Below, in pieces: positions 11,143-20,414 of a stretch of DNA of 64,000 nt (position 1 is the stretch's first letter; every line of letters begins with the position of its first letter). The position numbers were made by a program, and so were the translations under genes. This DNA comes from Lachnospiraceae bacterium (GTDB taxonomy: Bacteria > Bacillota > Clostridia > Lachnospirales > Lachnospiraceae): assembly GCA_045129695.1 (NCBI GenBank), contig JBGVJZ010000009.1:15392-79391 (forward strand), in the 5' to 3' direction. The notes under the pieces were generated by a model. It did no database searches, had not been told where the DNA came from, and saw nothing but the letters and a program-made list of their open reading frames with translations.

Positions 11143-11169
11143 AGGCTGTCCAAATTATTTGGGCAGCCT
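11143..11169 (+). terminator. Stem-loop after khpA (weak terminator or processing site)
   Basis: AGGCTGTCCAA-TTAT-TTGGGCAGCCT; downstream T tract is imperfect. Confidence 0.45.
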
Positions 11170-11205
11170 TATGATTTTATGTGGTTTATGACTATAGGAG
11201 GATGA

Positions 11206-11718
11206 ATGGAAGATTTATTACGAGTTGGTATTATTACATCTACACATGGCATTGCAGGAGAGGTTAAGGTATTTCCGACCACTGATGATGCCAACCGATT
11301 TAAAAAGCTTAAGAAATGCATTCTTAAAACTGAGAGAGACACAATGGAGCTTGATATTGCAGGTGTCAAATTTTTTAAAAACATGGTAATTCTTAAATTT
11401 AAACAGTTTACCAATATTAATGAGGTTGAAAAATTCCGAAATAGCGAATTATATGTAACAAGAGAGAACGCCGTTCCTCTTGAGGATGGAGAATACTTTG
11501 TGTGCGATTTAATCGGACTTAAAGTAATTGATGAGGATGATAATGTTATTGGTACGATTTCTGATGTATTGCAGACTGCTGCCAATGACGTTTATGAGAT
11601 AACAACCGCTGCCGGTAAAAAACATTTAATTCCGGCAATTAAGCAGTGTATATTAGATGTGGATCTTGCAGCTGGAATTATGAAAATCCATGTTTTGAAA
11701 GGATTATTGGACTTATGA
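11206..11718 (+). CDS. rimM: 16S rRNA processing protein RimM
   Basis: VGIITSTHGIAGEVKV, YFVCDLIG, TAANDVY, LIPAIKQ. Confidence 0.96.
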   Translation: MEDLLRVGIITSTHGIAGEVKVFPTTDDANRFKKLKKCILKTERDTMELDIAGVKFFKNMVILKFKQFTNINEVEKFRNSELYVTRENAVPLEDGEYFVCDLIGLKVIDEDDNVIGTISDVLQTAANDVYEITTAAGKKHLIPAIKQCILDVDLAAGIMKIHVLKGLLDL

Positions 11719-12452
11719 TGAATTTTCATATATTAACGCTATTTCCTGAGATGGTTTTACAGGGTTTGAATACAAGTATACTAGGCAGAGCCATCAAGGA
11801 AGGTCATATTACAATTAATGCAACCAATATCAGGGACTTTGCTAATAATAAGCATAACCATGTGGATGATTATCCTTATGGAGGCGGTGCCGGAATGGTT
11901 ATTCAGCCCGAGCCTGTATATCAGGCTTATCAGTCGGCCTGCAAGGATATGACTACTAAGCCAAGGGTAATATATCTTACTCCACAGGGAAAGGTTTTTA
12001 ATCAGTCTATGGCTGAGGAGTTTGCACAGGAAGAGAATCTGATATTCTTATGTGGACATTATGAAGGAATTGACGAAAGAGTTCTGGATAAAATTGTTAC
12101 TGATAACGTATCAATAGGTGATTATGTGCTGACAGGCGGAGAACTTCCGGCAATGGTAATGATTGATGCAATTTCCAGAAAGGTGCCGGGTGTACTTAAT
12201 AACGAACTGTCCTCAGAGATAGAGACCTTCTATGATAACCTTTTGGAATATCCTCAGTATACCAGACCTGAGGAGTGGCAGGGTGAGAAGGTTCCTGAAG
12301 TACTTTTATCCGGACATCATGGAAATATTGAGAAGTGGAGAAGGGAAAAATCACTGGAGAGAACCTTGGAGCACAGACCGGAGTTGCTGCAAAATGCGAA
12401 TCTTAGTAAGAGAGATATGGAGTATCTGGAGAGGATAAAAAGTGGTTTCTAA
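11718..12452 (+). CDS. trmD: tRNA (m1G37) methyltransferase
   Basis: HILTLFPEM, DDYPYGGGAGMV, CGHYEGIDERV, SIGDYVLTGGE; start may be 11715. Confidence 0.98.
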   Translation: MNFHILTLFPEMVLQGLNTSILGRAIKEGHITINATNIRDFANNKHNHVDDYPYGGGAGMVIQPEPVYQAYQSACKDMTTKPRVIYLTPQGKVFNQSMAEEFAQEENLIFLCGHYEGIDERVLDKIVTDNVSIGDYVLTGGELPAMVMIDAISRKVPGVLNNELSSEIETFYDNLLEYPQYTRPEEWQGEKVPEVLLSGHHGNIEKWRREKSLERTLEHRPELLQNANLSKRDMEYLERIKSGF

Positions 12453-13470
12453 AAAGAAAAAAGTAACAAAAATTATTGGAAAAGGCATGGGAGTAATAGG
12501 TGTGACTCTTTTAATGGTTATATTGGGAATCTACGTTATTATGTGGATTTGTACGCATGGTCCTTCAACGATTGCAAAGGATCTTTTTGTGCTGTCTGTA
12601 CGAGAGTCCAGTGCGGGAGGTTTTCTTGCCAATATGGTCTGTACCAAGGAAGAGATTGAAGAGATTGAAAAACGTAACAGCGTGGCAGACACTGATGAGA
12701 GTACTGATACGTCTCTTATACAGTTTGTTGACAGAGAAGAAGCCGGAGAAGAAATTGTTATAGAGGGTAAGGAACCTTACCTTACAAAGGAAGGAATTCT
12801 TTTCTATAATGTTAGTGGCTCTACATATTCAGGAACCATGATAGTAGTTGAAGATCCTTCAAGGGTATTTGTTGGAACTTCAGGTGATTATAAGGGGGAG
12901 CAGGGTATCAATGTACCGGCAATCTGTGAAAAATATCAGGCAGCCTTAGCGACAAATGCAGGTGGATTTGAGGATACAGGCGGAGTTGGCGACGGTGGAA
13001 CTCCACTTGGTGTGGTGTTTTCGGAAGGTGAGTTGAAGTTTGGCATGCCTCAGGGCACTTATAATCTGATTGGATTTGATAGTAATAATGTTTTTGTCAT
13101 AGGGACCATGACGGGTCAGCAGGCTATTGACAGAGGAATAAGGGATGCAGTATCCTTCGGCCCATTCTTAATTATGAATGGTGTACCTATGGAAGTGACA
13201 GGAATGGGTGGCGGACTTAATCCGAGAACGGCAATTGGTCAGCGAGGCGATGGTGCGGTACTTTTGTTAATTATTGATGGAAGACAGACACACAGCCTTG
13301 GTGCATCCATGAATGATTTAATAAACGAAATGCTGGATTTTGGCGCGGTCAATGCAGCGAATCTTGATGGTGGCGGTTCAACTGTTTTGTACTATGATGG
13401 AAAAGTACAGAATAAAATTTCTTCAATTTATGGAGCAAGAGGAGTTCCTACGGCAATTCTTGTACGATAG
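12442..13470 (+). CDS. Membrane-anchored phosphodiester glycosidase (NAGPA/DUF2233 family) protein
   Basis: N-terminal TM helix; AVSFGP, PRTAIGQ, IIDGRQ, NLDGGGST motifs. Confidence 0.88.
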   Translation: MVSKKKKVTKIIGKGMGVIGVTLLMVILGIYVIMWICTHGPSTIAKDLFVLSVRESSAGGFLANMVCTKEEIEEIEKRNSVADTDESTDTSLIQFVDREEAGEEIVIEGKEPYLTKEGILFYNVSGSTYSGTMIVVEDPSRVFVGTSGDYKGEQGINVPAICEKYQAALATNAGGFEDTGGVGDGGTPLGVVFSEGELKFGMPQGTYNLIGFDSNNVFVIGTMTGQQAIDRGIRDAVSFGPFLIMNGVPMEVTGMGGGLNPRTAIGQRGDGAVLLLIIDGRQTHSLGASMNDLINEMLDFGAVNAANLDGGGSTVLYYDGKVQNKISSIYGARGVPTAILVR

Positions 13471-13482
13471 GTGGTATTACTA

Positions 13483-14577
13483 ATGAAAAAACTAACTTTT
13501 GGAAAATTTTTATTAATATATGTATCGGTTTTTGTTCTTATAATTTTTGCAATAGCTGTGGTTGTGTGGAATAAGCTTGAGGATTATCAGAGCAATTACA
13601 ATAAATCCAAGGATGCAGGGGATCCCGTATTGTTTATTGAAGAACTTGTCGATGGTTGGAAGTTTTCTAATGTAGAAGATTACATTGCTGAATATGGAGC
13701 AGAAAATCTTAGCAAATATAATTCTATTGATGTTCTGGCGGAAGTTTTTACGGCAGAGGGTACGGATATTACATATAAAAAGAATGACAAATATACAGAG
13801 GTTATGCCGGTATACGATATTTATTCAGATGTAACAAGACTTGCAGTAGTGTCTCTTAAGCCGGAAGGTGCTAATGACGAGTTTGGATTTCATAAGTGGC
13901 AGATAAGGGATTTGGTGTTTGATACGAATACTCTTGAGACTACCAACTATATCGTTAAAGTTGCAAAAGATAGTGAAGTTACAGTTAATGGTATGAAGCT
14001 TGAGTTATCAGAGGCTAAGAAGATTTATTCCGATTCGGATGTATTAAGTACATGGGTCAGTGACAAATATGGATTTGTAAGAGAATTTGCTGAATATGAG
14101 CTTGGAGCATGTGTTTCAATTCCTAATATTGAAGTACAGGATATTAATGGTAATCCAATAACTGAATATACCTGTAATGATAATGTAATTACATATAATT
14201 GTGCAGCCGGGGCTGAATTTACAGAGACAGTTGAACCAAGAGTTCTTGAAATTACACATTCATATATTTCTAATATATATTACAAGCTAAGCTTTTACCA
14301 GATGTCCAAGTATCTGGTTGACAATTCAGATGCTTATGCGGTGATTAAAGATGTTCAGAGCAGTATTGTATGGGGCTGGCATCCGGATGTTGTTGAGATA
14401 ATTGAAGAAAGTGTATCTGACTATGTCAGATATAGTGACACACTTTTTTCTTGTAAATATTATGCTAAAATATATAAGGCGGATGAGGATGAAGAATATC
14501 AGGAAGTATTCAATTATCATCTTTTATTTGAGCAGGTGAATGGGCAATATTTTCTTACATATTTTAATCTTAATTAG
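13483..14577 (+). CDS. Hypothetical membrane-anchored extracytoplasmic protein
   Basis: Long ORF with basic N-terminus then one TM helix and an acidic Tyr-rich soluble region; ATG 13483 (GTG 13471 alternative). Confidence 0.8.
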   Translation: MKKLTFGKFLLIYVSVFVLIIFAIAVVVWNKLEDYQSNYNKSKDAGDPVLFIEELVDGWKFSNVEDYIAEYGAENLSKYNSIDVLAEVFTAEGTDITYKKNDKYTEVMPVYDIYSDVTRLAVVSLKPEGANDEFGFHKWQIRDLVFDTNTLETTNYIVKVAKDSEVTVNGMKLELSEAKKIYSDSDVLSTWVSDKYGFVREFAEYELGACVSIPNIEVQDINGNPITEYTCNDNVITYNCAAGAEFTETVEPRVLEITHSYISNIYYKLSFYQMSKYLVDNSDAYAVIKDVQSSIVWGWHPDVVEIIEESVSDYVRYSDTLFSCKYYAKIYKADEDEEYQEVFNYHLLFEQVNGQYFLTYFNLN

Positions 14578-14606
14578 TGTCTGCTGATTAATTTTAAAAT
14601 TCCCTC

Positions 14607-14635
14607 TTGATTTTCATTCTTCTTTATGATATATT
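14607..14635 (+). promoter_or_regulatory. SigA promoter for rplS
   Basis: TTGATT-17 nt-TATATT with extended TG at 14627-14628. Confidence 0.65.
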
Positions 14636-14651
14636 TCAATAGTTGTATTAA

Positions 14652-14690
14652 GTGGCGGTCCGCTGTTACGGAAAGTATTAAGAACGTCAT
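14652..14690 (+). ncRNA. Probable L19 leader (cis RNA element)
   Basis: GTGGCGGTCCGCTG...AAGAACGTCAT; resembles the UCCGCUG...GAAC core I recall for the Firmicute L19_leader; lies between promoter and AGGAGG; not confirmed by covariance search. Confidence 0.6.
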
Positions 14691-14708
14691 ATTTTAGGAG
14701 GAAATAAG

Positions 14709-15056
14709 ATGAACGACATTATTAAGAACATTGAAGCAGCACAGATGAAAGAATCTGTACCTGAGTTCAGAGTCGGAGATACTGTTAAGGTATCAGCTAA
14801 GATCAAAGAAGGAAACCGTGAGAGAATTCAGGTTTTCGAAGGAACTGTTATTAAGAGACAGGGCGGAAGTAACCGTGAGACATTTACTGTTAGAAAGATT
14901 TCTAACGGCGTAGGTGTTGAAAAGACTTGGCCATTACACTCACCATTTGTTGAGGATATCACTGTTGTAAGACGTGGTAAGGCCAGAAGAGCTAAATTAT
15001 TCTACTTAAGAAGCAGAGTAGGTAAGGCAGCTAAGGTTAAAGAACTTGTAAAATAA
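14709..15056 (+). CDS. rplS: 50S ribosomal protein L19
   Basis: [43 protein letters not shown]. Confidence 0.98.
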   Translation: MNDIIKNIEAAQMKESVPEFRVGDTVKVSAKIKEGNRERIQVFEGTVIKRQGGSNRETFTVRKISNGVGVEKTWPLHSPFVEDITVVRRGKARRAKLFYLRSRVGKAAKVKELVK

Positions 15057-15066
15057 TAATGATTTT

Positions 15067-15106
15067 AAACGCGGTAGATATTTATATCTATCGCGTTTGA
15101 CGTTTT
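15067..15106 (+). terminator. Intrinsic terminator after rplS
   Basis: AAACGCGGTAGATA-TTTA-TATCTATCGCGTTT stem, T-rich tail. Confidence 0.7.
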
Positions 15107-15126
15107 AAGGTTTAATATGGTACTAT
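15097..15126 (+). promoter_or_regulatory. SigA promoter for lepB-rbgA-rnhB overlapping the rplS terminator
   Basis: TTGACG-18 nt-TACTAT with extended TG. Confidence 0.55.
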
Positions 15127-15156
15127 CATTCTAGTAAATATTTATATGGAGCAGTT

Positions 15157-15759
15157 ATGATTACCTTTAAGAAACGAGAAATAATTTACAGACCTTATGA
15201 ATCAATTATTAAGACAATTGTTGATTTAATTATAATAGTATGTGCAGCATTTCTTTTTGTTACATTCCTTTTTGACAATACCACAATTTCAGGTCATTCC
15301 ATGAATGCAACCTTAAGTGATGGTAATGTAGTTCTGGTAAATAAATCAATTTACCGCTTCAGGAATCCGAAGAGATATGATCTGATTGTTTTTGAACCCA
15401 ATATTGGAAATGTTTCACAATACTATGTAAAACGTGTTATCGGTCTTCCGGGCGAAACAGTACAGATTATTGACGGAAGAGTATATATAGATGGTAAACC
15501 CTTAGAGGATGATGTTATTGATACAGTTATATATAATTCAGGGAATGCCTCTGAGCCTATTGAACTTGGCTATGGAGAATATTTTGTGCTGGGAGATAAC
15601 CGCAATAACAGTGATGACAGCCGCTTTTCCAATGTAGGGCTGGTGAAAGCGGATTCGATAATCGGCTCACCATGGCTTGTTGTATATCCGTTTTCGGATT
15701 TCGGAACAATTGAAGCTAAGGTACTTGTACAGGAAGAGCCGGAGACAGAGACTAAATAG
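15157..15759 (+). CDS. lepB: Signal peptidase I
   Basis: Catalytic Ser (SGHSMNATL), Lys (VKRVIGLPG), GDNRNNSDDSR. Confidence 0.95.
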   Translation: MITFKKREIIYRPYESIIKTIVDLIIIVCAAFLFVTFLFDNTTISGHSMNATLSDGNVVLVNKSIYRFRNPKRYDLIVFEPNIGNVSQYYVKRVIGLPGETVQIIDGRVYIDGKPLEDDVIDTVIYNSGNASEPIELGYGEYFVLGDNRNNSDDSRFSNVGLVKADSIIGSPWLVVYPFSDFGTIEAKVLVQEEPETETK

Positions 15760-15774
15760 AAGCGAGGAAACATA

Positions 15775-16611
15775 ATGAAAATACAGTGGTATCCCGGTCA
15801 TATGACCAAGGCAAAAAGAATGATGCAGGAGGATATTAAATTAATTGATTTAGTAATAGAGCTGCTGGATGCAAGAATACCTGTTGCCAGCCGTAATCCT
15901 GATATCGACAGCCTTGCAGGAAATAAATCCAGACTTGTACTTTTAAATAAAGCTGATTTGGCAGATGAGCGAGTAACTAACGAATGGGTGGAGTATTTTA
16001 ATCAAAAAGGACTGTTGGTAGTTAAGCTTGATTCAAGAAACAGAAATGGTATGAAGCAGGTTCAGAATGCCATTATGGAGGCTTGTAAGGCCAAGATAGA
16101 AAGAGATAGAAAAAGAGGGATTATTAACAGACCTGTTCGTGCTATGGTAGCAGGAATTCCTAATGTGGGTAAATCAACCTTTATTAATTCTTTTGCAGGC
16201 AAGGCATGTGCAAAGACCGGTAACAAACCGGGTGTAACCAAGGGTAAGCAGTGGATACGTCTGAATAAAAATGTTGAGCTTCTGGATACGCCGGGAATTC
16301 TGTGGCCTAAATTTGATGATGAAGCAGTTGGAACGAATCTTGCTTTCATCGGTTCTGTTAATGACCAGATATTGAATCTGTCAGAGCTTGCTTATGAGTT
16401 GGTTAATTATATTCTGGCTAATTATCCGGGTGCAATTCATTCAAGATATGGTGTTGAAGAAACCAATCCGAATAAGATTTTTGAAGATATTGCAGTTGCC
16501 AAATCCTGTCTGAAAAAGGGCGGAGAATTTGATATTGACAAAGTGGTATCCATGATAATAGATGATTTTCGCTCAGGCAAGCTGGGTAAAATTTCATTGG
16601 AAAGACCATAA
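15775..16611 (+). CDS. rbgA: Ribosome biogenesis GTPase RbgA (YlqF)
   Basis: [36 protein letters not shown]. Confidence 0.98.
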   Translation: MKIQWYPGHMTKAKRMMQEDIKLIDLVIELLDARIPVASRNPDIDSLAGNKSRLVLLNKADLADERVTNEWVEYFNQKGLLVVKLDSRNRNGMKQVQNAIMEACKAKIERDRKRGIINRPVRAMVAGIPNVGKSTFINSFAGKACAKTGNKPGVTKGKQWIRLNKNVELLDTPGILWPKFDDEAVGTNLAFIGSVNDQILNLSELAYELVNYILANYPGAIHSRYGVEETNPNKIFEDIAVAKSCLKKGGEFDIDKVVSMIIDDFRSGKLGKISLERP

Positions 16612-16645
16612 TTTAAACTGAAAAGACCTTAGATTGGAGATAATT

Positions 16646-17278
16646 ATGACCAAGGAAGAACGTTTACAGGCAGAATTACAGAGAACTAAAAATATGCAGA
16701 AATTCGAAGAAGAATATTCAATGTACGCACATATCTGTGGTATTGATGAAGCAGGAAGGGGGCCGTTATGCGGTCCGGTGGTTGCCGGTGCTGTAATTCT
16801 TCCTAAGAACTGCGATATTTTATATATTAATGATTCTAAGAAATTAAGTGAAAAAATGCGTGATGTTCTGTATGATGAGATATCACATGGAGCGGTGGCG
16901 TGGAGTGTCGGTATTGTGTCACCTGAAAGAATTGATGAGATTAATATTTTACAGGCAACCTATGAAGCAATGAAAATTGCTATTGAGAATTTAAAGATCC
17001 AACCCGATATATTATTTAATGATGCAGTTACAATACCGGGGATAGATATTAAACAGATTCCAATCATCAAGGGTGATGCTAAGAGCCAGTCAATTGCTGC
17101 TGCAAGTATTATAGCAAAGGTTACAAGGGATAGAATGATGAAGGAGTATGATGAATTATATCCTATGTATGGTTTTGCCAGAAATAAAGGATATGGCACC
17201 AAGGAGCATATTAATGCATTAAAGGAGTATGGACCATGTCCTATACACAGAACAACCTTTATTAAAAACTTTAAATAG
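16646..17278 (+). CDS. rnhB: Ribonuclease HII
   Basis: GIDEAGRGPL, NDSKKLS, KGDAKS, SIAAASIIAKV, NKGYGT. Confidence 0.97.
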   Translation: MTKEERLQAELQRTKNMQKFEEEYSMYAHICGIDEAGRGPLCGPVVAGAVILPKNCDILYINDSKKLSEKMRDVLYDEISHGAVAWSVGIVSPERIDEINILQATYEAMKIAIENLKIQPDILFNDAVTIPGIDIKQIPIIKGDAKSQSIAAASIIAKVTRDRMMKEYDELYPMYGFARNKGYGTKEHINALKEYGPCPIHRTTFIKNFK

Positions 17279-17292
17279 CAGGGAATGATATA

Positions 17293-18846
17293 ATGAATCT
17301 TAATATTCGTAATGTGAATTACATTTCAAATGCAACGGATAATAATGCAGGTCAGGGTGCTGCGGTTAGTGGACAGCGATATATTACTGTGCCTTCGGGG
17401 CTGTCCGCCTCTGAGGCAGGTCTTGCACTTCTTGCAGGTCTCCGGGAGGGAGATGTGTTTACAGGTGAGATTACGAATATTACACAGAATCAGATTACGC
17501 TTGCGTTATCTGATTCCGTAACAATCAATGCTTTACTTTCGGATGCATTATCCTATAACATTGGAGATACTGCGTCATTTTCCATAAAAAGTAATTCAGG
17601 AGAACAAATCGTTCTTAAGTCCATTAATACAGAGAGACTTCAGAATCTTATGAATGACCAGACAATACATAATGCATTAAGAAATGCAAAATTGTCTGTT
17701 AATGAGACTACTGTTTCTCTTGTTCACAATTTAATGAAGCAGGGGCAGCCCATTGATTCAGCTTCACTGAATCATTATGTGCAGTTACTGGAACAACATC
17801 CCAACGCAACAGTGGATGATATTATTCTTCTGACTAAAATGGATATTCCTGTTACAGAGGAAAATATTAATGCAATTCATAATTATTATGAATTTAATCA
17901 GGGGTTGAGCGCTAAGGCAAATGATTTAACAATGAGTCTTCAGAATGCATTACTGCAATTTGATACCACATCTGAGACTGGAAAGGTATTAACAGATGTT
18001 CTGACCTCCTTTTCCGATACGATTTCGCCGCCAGAGCAGCTTTCTGTGCTTGGAGAGAAGAATTTATCAACATTACGTGATATTCTTAATGTTGCAGATA
18101 CTCCTGCGACAGCACAGCTTTTAACAAGGCTTGAAGGCAATAGAATAACAGCCGGGGAGTTTTTAACGGAGTTTGCTGATATTCTTAAAAATACTGCAAT
18201 GGATAAGGATGTTGCGCAGAAAATTATAAGAAGCGATGAATTCAGAGAAGTTATTAATAATTTCATAAGGCAGGAGATTTTTCTTCAGCCGGAGCATATT
18301 AACCATGAGAATCTGAAAAAATTATTCGGAAAAATACTTTCGGATAATAAAAATCTTGCTGAGAAGCTTTCGGGAAACCCTAAATTAAATGAATTTATGC
18401 AGAATACACAGACTATATCCGGCAATATTGAATTTATGAATAATATTAATCATTTTATGTCTTTTGTTCAGATTCCTATTAAAATGTCAGGACAGAATGC
18501 ACACGGTGATTTATATGTATATAAGAATGGTAAGAATATCGCTGAAGGTAAGGAAGAGTTAAAAGCATTTCTCCATCTTGATATGGACAATCTGGGACCA
18601 CTGGATGTACTTGTAACTCTTAAGAATAATAATGTTGCAACTAATTTCAAGGTGGCGAATGAAGATATATTGAATTATATTGAAGCACATATTTCTGAAT
18701 TAAATGCTGCACTTAAAAAGCTAGGTTATAATGTGGAGACAATTGTTGATTTGAATGACACTCCATATACCTTCAAAACAGGTGTAATTGAACAGGAATT
18801 TCCTCCTGTTGAAATTAAACGGTTTTCTTTTGATGTGAGAGCGTAG
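17293..18846 (+). CDS. FliK-like (hook-length control C-terminal domain) protein, YlqG-type
   Basis: C-terminal LHLDMDNLGPLDVLVTL resembles the FliK-C domain; position rnhB-ylqG-ylqH as in B. subtilis. Confidence 0.75.
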   Translation: MNLNIRNVNYISNATDNNAGQGAAVSGQRYITVPSGLSASEAGLALLAGLREGDVFTGEITNITQNQITLALSDSVTINALLSDALSYNIGDTASFSIKSNSGEQIVLKSINTERLQNLMNDQTIHNALRNAKLSVNETTVSLVHNLMKQGQPIDSASLNHYVQLLEQHPNATVDDIILLTKMDIPVTEENINAIHNYYEFNQGLSAKANDLTMSLQNALLQFDTTSETGKVLTDVLTSFSDTISPPEQLSVLGEKNLSTLRDILNVADTPATAQLLTRLEGNRITAGEFLTEFADILKNTAMDKDVAQKIIRSDEFREVINNFIRQEIFLQPEHINHENLKKLFGKILSDNKNLAEKLSGNPKLNEFMQNTQTISGNIEFMNNINHFMSFVQIPIKMSGQNAHGDLYVYKNGKNIAEGKEELKAFLHLDMDNLGPLDVLVTLKNNNVATNFKVANEDILNYIEAHISELNAALKKLGYNVETIVDLNDTPYTFKTGVIEQEFPPVEIKRFSFDVRA

Positions 18847-18853
18847 GTGTATT

Positions 18854-19141
18854 ATGGAAGAAAAAAACACAACCAAAAAGCAGGCGATTGCCCTGCAATA
18901 TAATGCAGGTGATGAATCTCCGACAATAGTTGCGTCAGGAACCGGTATTCTCGCAGACAAAATTATCGAGAAAGCCAGGGAAAGTGATGTCCCTTTATAT
19001 GAAGATGCCAAACTTGCCAATACCTTGTCAAAGCTTGAAATAGGAGACATGATTCCTCCTGAGCTGTATAATGTTGTTGCACAGATTTTAGTATTTGTGG
19101 ATAACCTTGATAAATTAAAAGGAAAAATAGATGGTAAATAG
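18854..19141 (+). CDS. FlhB C-terminal-fragment protein (YlqH/FlhX; EscU/YscU family)
   Basis: AIALQY..SPTIVASG.G..A..I..ARE..VP, IPPELYNVVAQIL. Confidence 0.9.
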   Translation: MEEKNTTKKQAIALQYNAGDESPTIVASGTGILADKIIEKARESDVPLYEDAKLANTLSKLEIGDMIPPELYNVVAQILVFVDNLDKLKGKIDGK

Positions 19142-19475
19142 AAGAGAAATCGGTACGCAGCAGGAATTGCTTGCAGCGGATTATTTAAAGAAAAAGGGTT
19201 ATGATATTTACTGTATGAATTTTCGCTGTAAAACCGGTGAAATTGATATTATTGCGAAAGATGGAGATTATCTTGTGTTCTGCGAAGTAAAATATCGTGC
19301 CACAGCAACATATGGATACCCTGAGGAGGCAGTTGATTATTATAAACAGAATACAATCCGAAGGGTATCCCAATTTTATATGCTTAAGAATAATATAGAT
19401 ATGAACACACCTGTAAGATTTGATGTAATTGCGATTCTCGGGGGGAAATTAAAACATATAAGGAATGCATTTTAA
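19131..19475 (+). CDS. yraN: YraN family predicted endonuclease (UPF0102)
   Basis: NFRCKTGEIDIIA, FCEVKYR, PEEAVD, RFDVIAI. Confidence 0.93.
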   Translation: MVNRREIGTQQELLAADYLKKKGYDIYCMNFRCKTGEIDIIAKDGDYLVFCEVKYRATATYGYPEEAVDYYKQNTIRRVSQFYMLKNNIDMNTPVRFDVIAILGGKLKHIRNAF

Positions 19476-20317
19476 TGAATATTGATTATATTAATTTTAC
19501 TAACACAACTTTATTTCATGAAGGAACAGTTCCCTATTTTACAAGCCGAAGGCTGGATAAAATTGATTTTATAAATCATGCTTTTTCCACAAGACTTGGA
19601 GGTGTAAGCACCAAACAGTATGAGTCCATGAATCTGTCATATACCGTGGGAGATGATGATAAAAAAGTCAGGGAGAATTTTTCAATTTTTGGCAGAGCTA
19701 TACGCGTATTGCCGGAAAATATGGTTTATGCCAAGCAGACACATACAACCAATGTTTTAAAGGTAACAAAGGATTATCTCGGAATGGGAGTAGTCAGAGA
19801 ACGCAATTTTGACAATATTGACGGCTTGATTACCAATGAACCCGGGATATGCCTTGTGACCTCCTATGCTGATTGTGTTCCACTATATATTGTTGATACT
19901 GTAAACAAAGCAATCGGACTTGCGCATTCAGGCTGGAGGGGAACTGTTGGAGACATCGCAGGGAAAACTATTAGACAAATGACTGTAGAGTATGGTACTA
20001 ATCCAAAGAATTTAATTGTATTTATTGGACCATCAATCTGTCAGGAATGTTATGAAATTGGAGAGGACGTAGCTGAACATTTTGCGGTCAAATATGGTTC
20101 AAAGGTTTTTGACAAAATACTTTATCCAAAAGAAAATGGAAAATTCCATCTTAACCTGTGGCAGGCAAATATGACTAATTTCCTTAATGCGGGCGTTAAT
20201 GAAAACAATATTTCTATTACAGATATCTGTACCTGTCATAACCCGAAACTGTTGTTTTCACATCGTGCGTCAAAGGGCAGACGTGGTGGATTATGCGGCT
20301 TTTTAATGATAAAATAA
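19475..20317 (+). CDS. pgeF: PgeF/YfiH/YlmD laccase-domain protein
   Basis: HAFSTRLGGVS, DGLIT, ADCVP, AHSGWRG, CTC..FSHR. Confidence 0.93.
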   Translation: MNIDYINFTNTTLFHEGTVPYFTSRRLDKIDFINHAFSTRLGGVSTKQYESMNLSYTVGDDDKKVRENFSIFGRAIRVLPENMVYAKQTHTTNVLKVTKDYLGMGVVRERNFDNIDGLITNEPGICLVTSYADCVPLYIVDTVNKAIGLAHSGWRGTVGDIAGKTIRQMTVEYGTNPKNLIVFIGPSICQECYEIGEDVAEHFAVKYGSKVFDKILYPKENGKFHLNLWQANMTNFLNAGVNENNISITDICTCHNPKLLFSHRASKGRRGGLCGFLMIK

Positions 20318-20330
20318 TAGCAAACAAACC

Positions 20331-20359
20331 TTTACAAAGCCTGAATATCTTGTTATTAT
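20331..20359 (+). promoter_or_regulatory. SigA promoter for der-plsY-gpsA
   Basis: TTTACA-17 nt-TATTAT with extended TG. Confidence 0.6.
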
Positions 20360-20414
20360 AGATAAGATTAAAGTAAATCATTAAAATGGATTTACTATGC
20401 AAGGGAGTAAGAAT

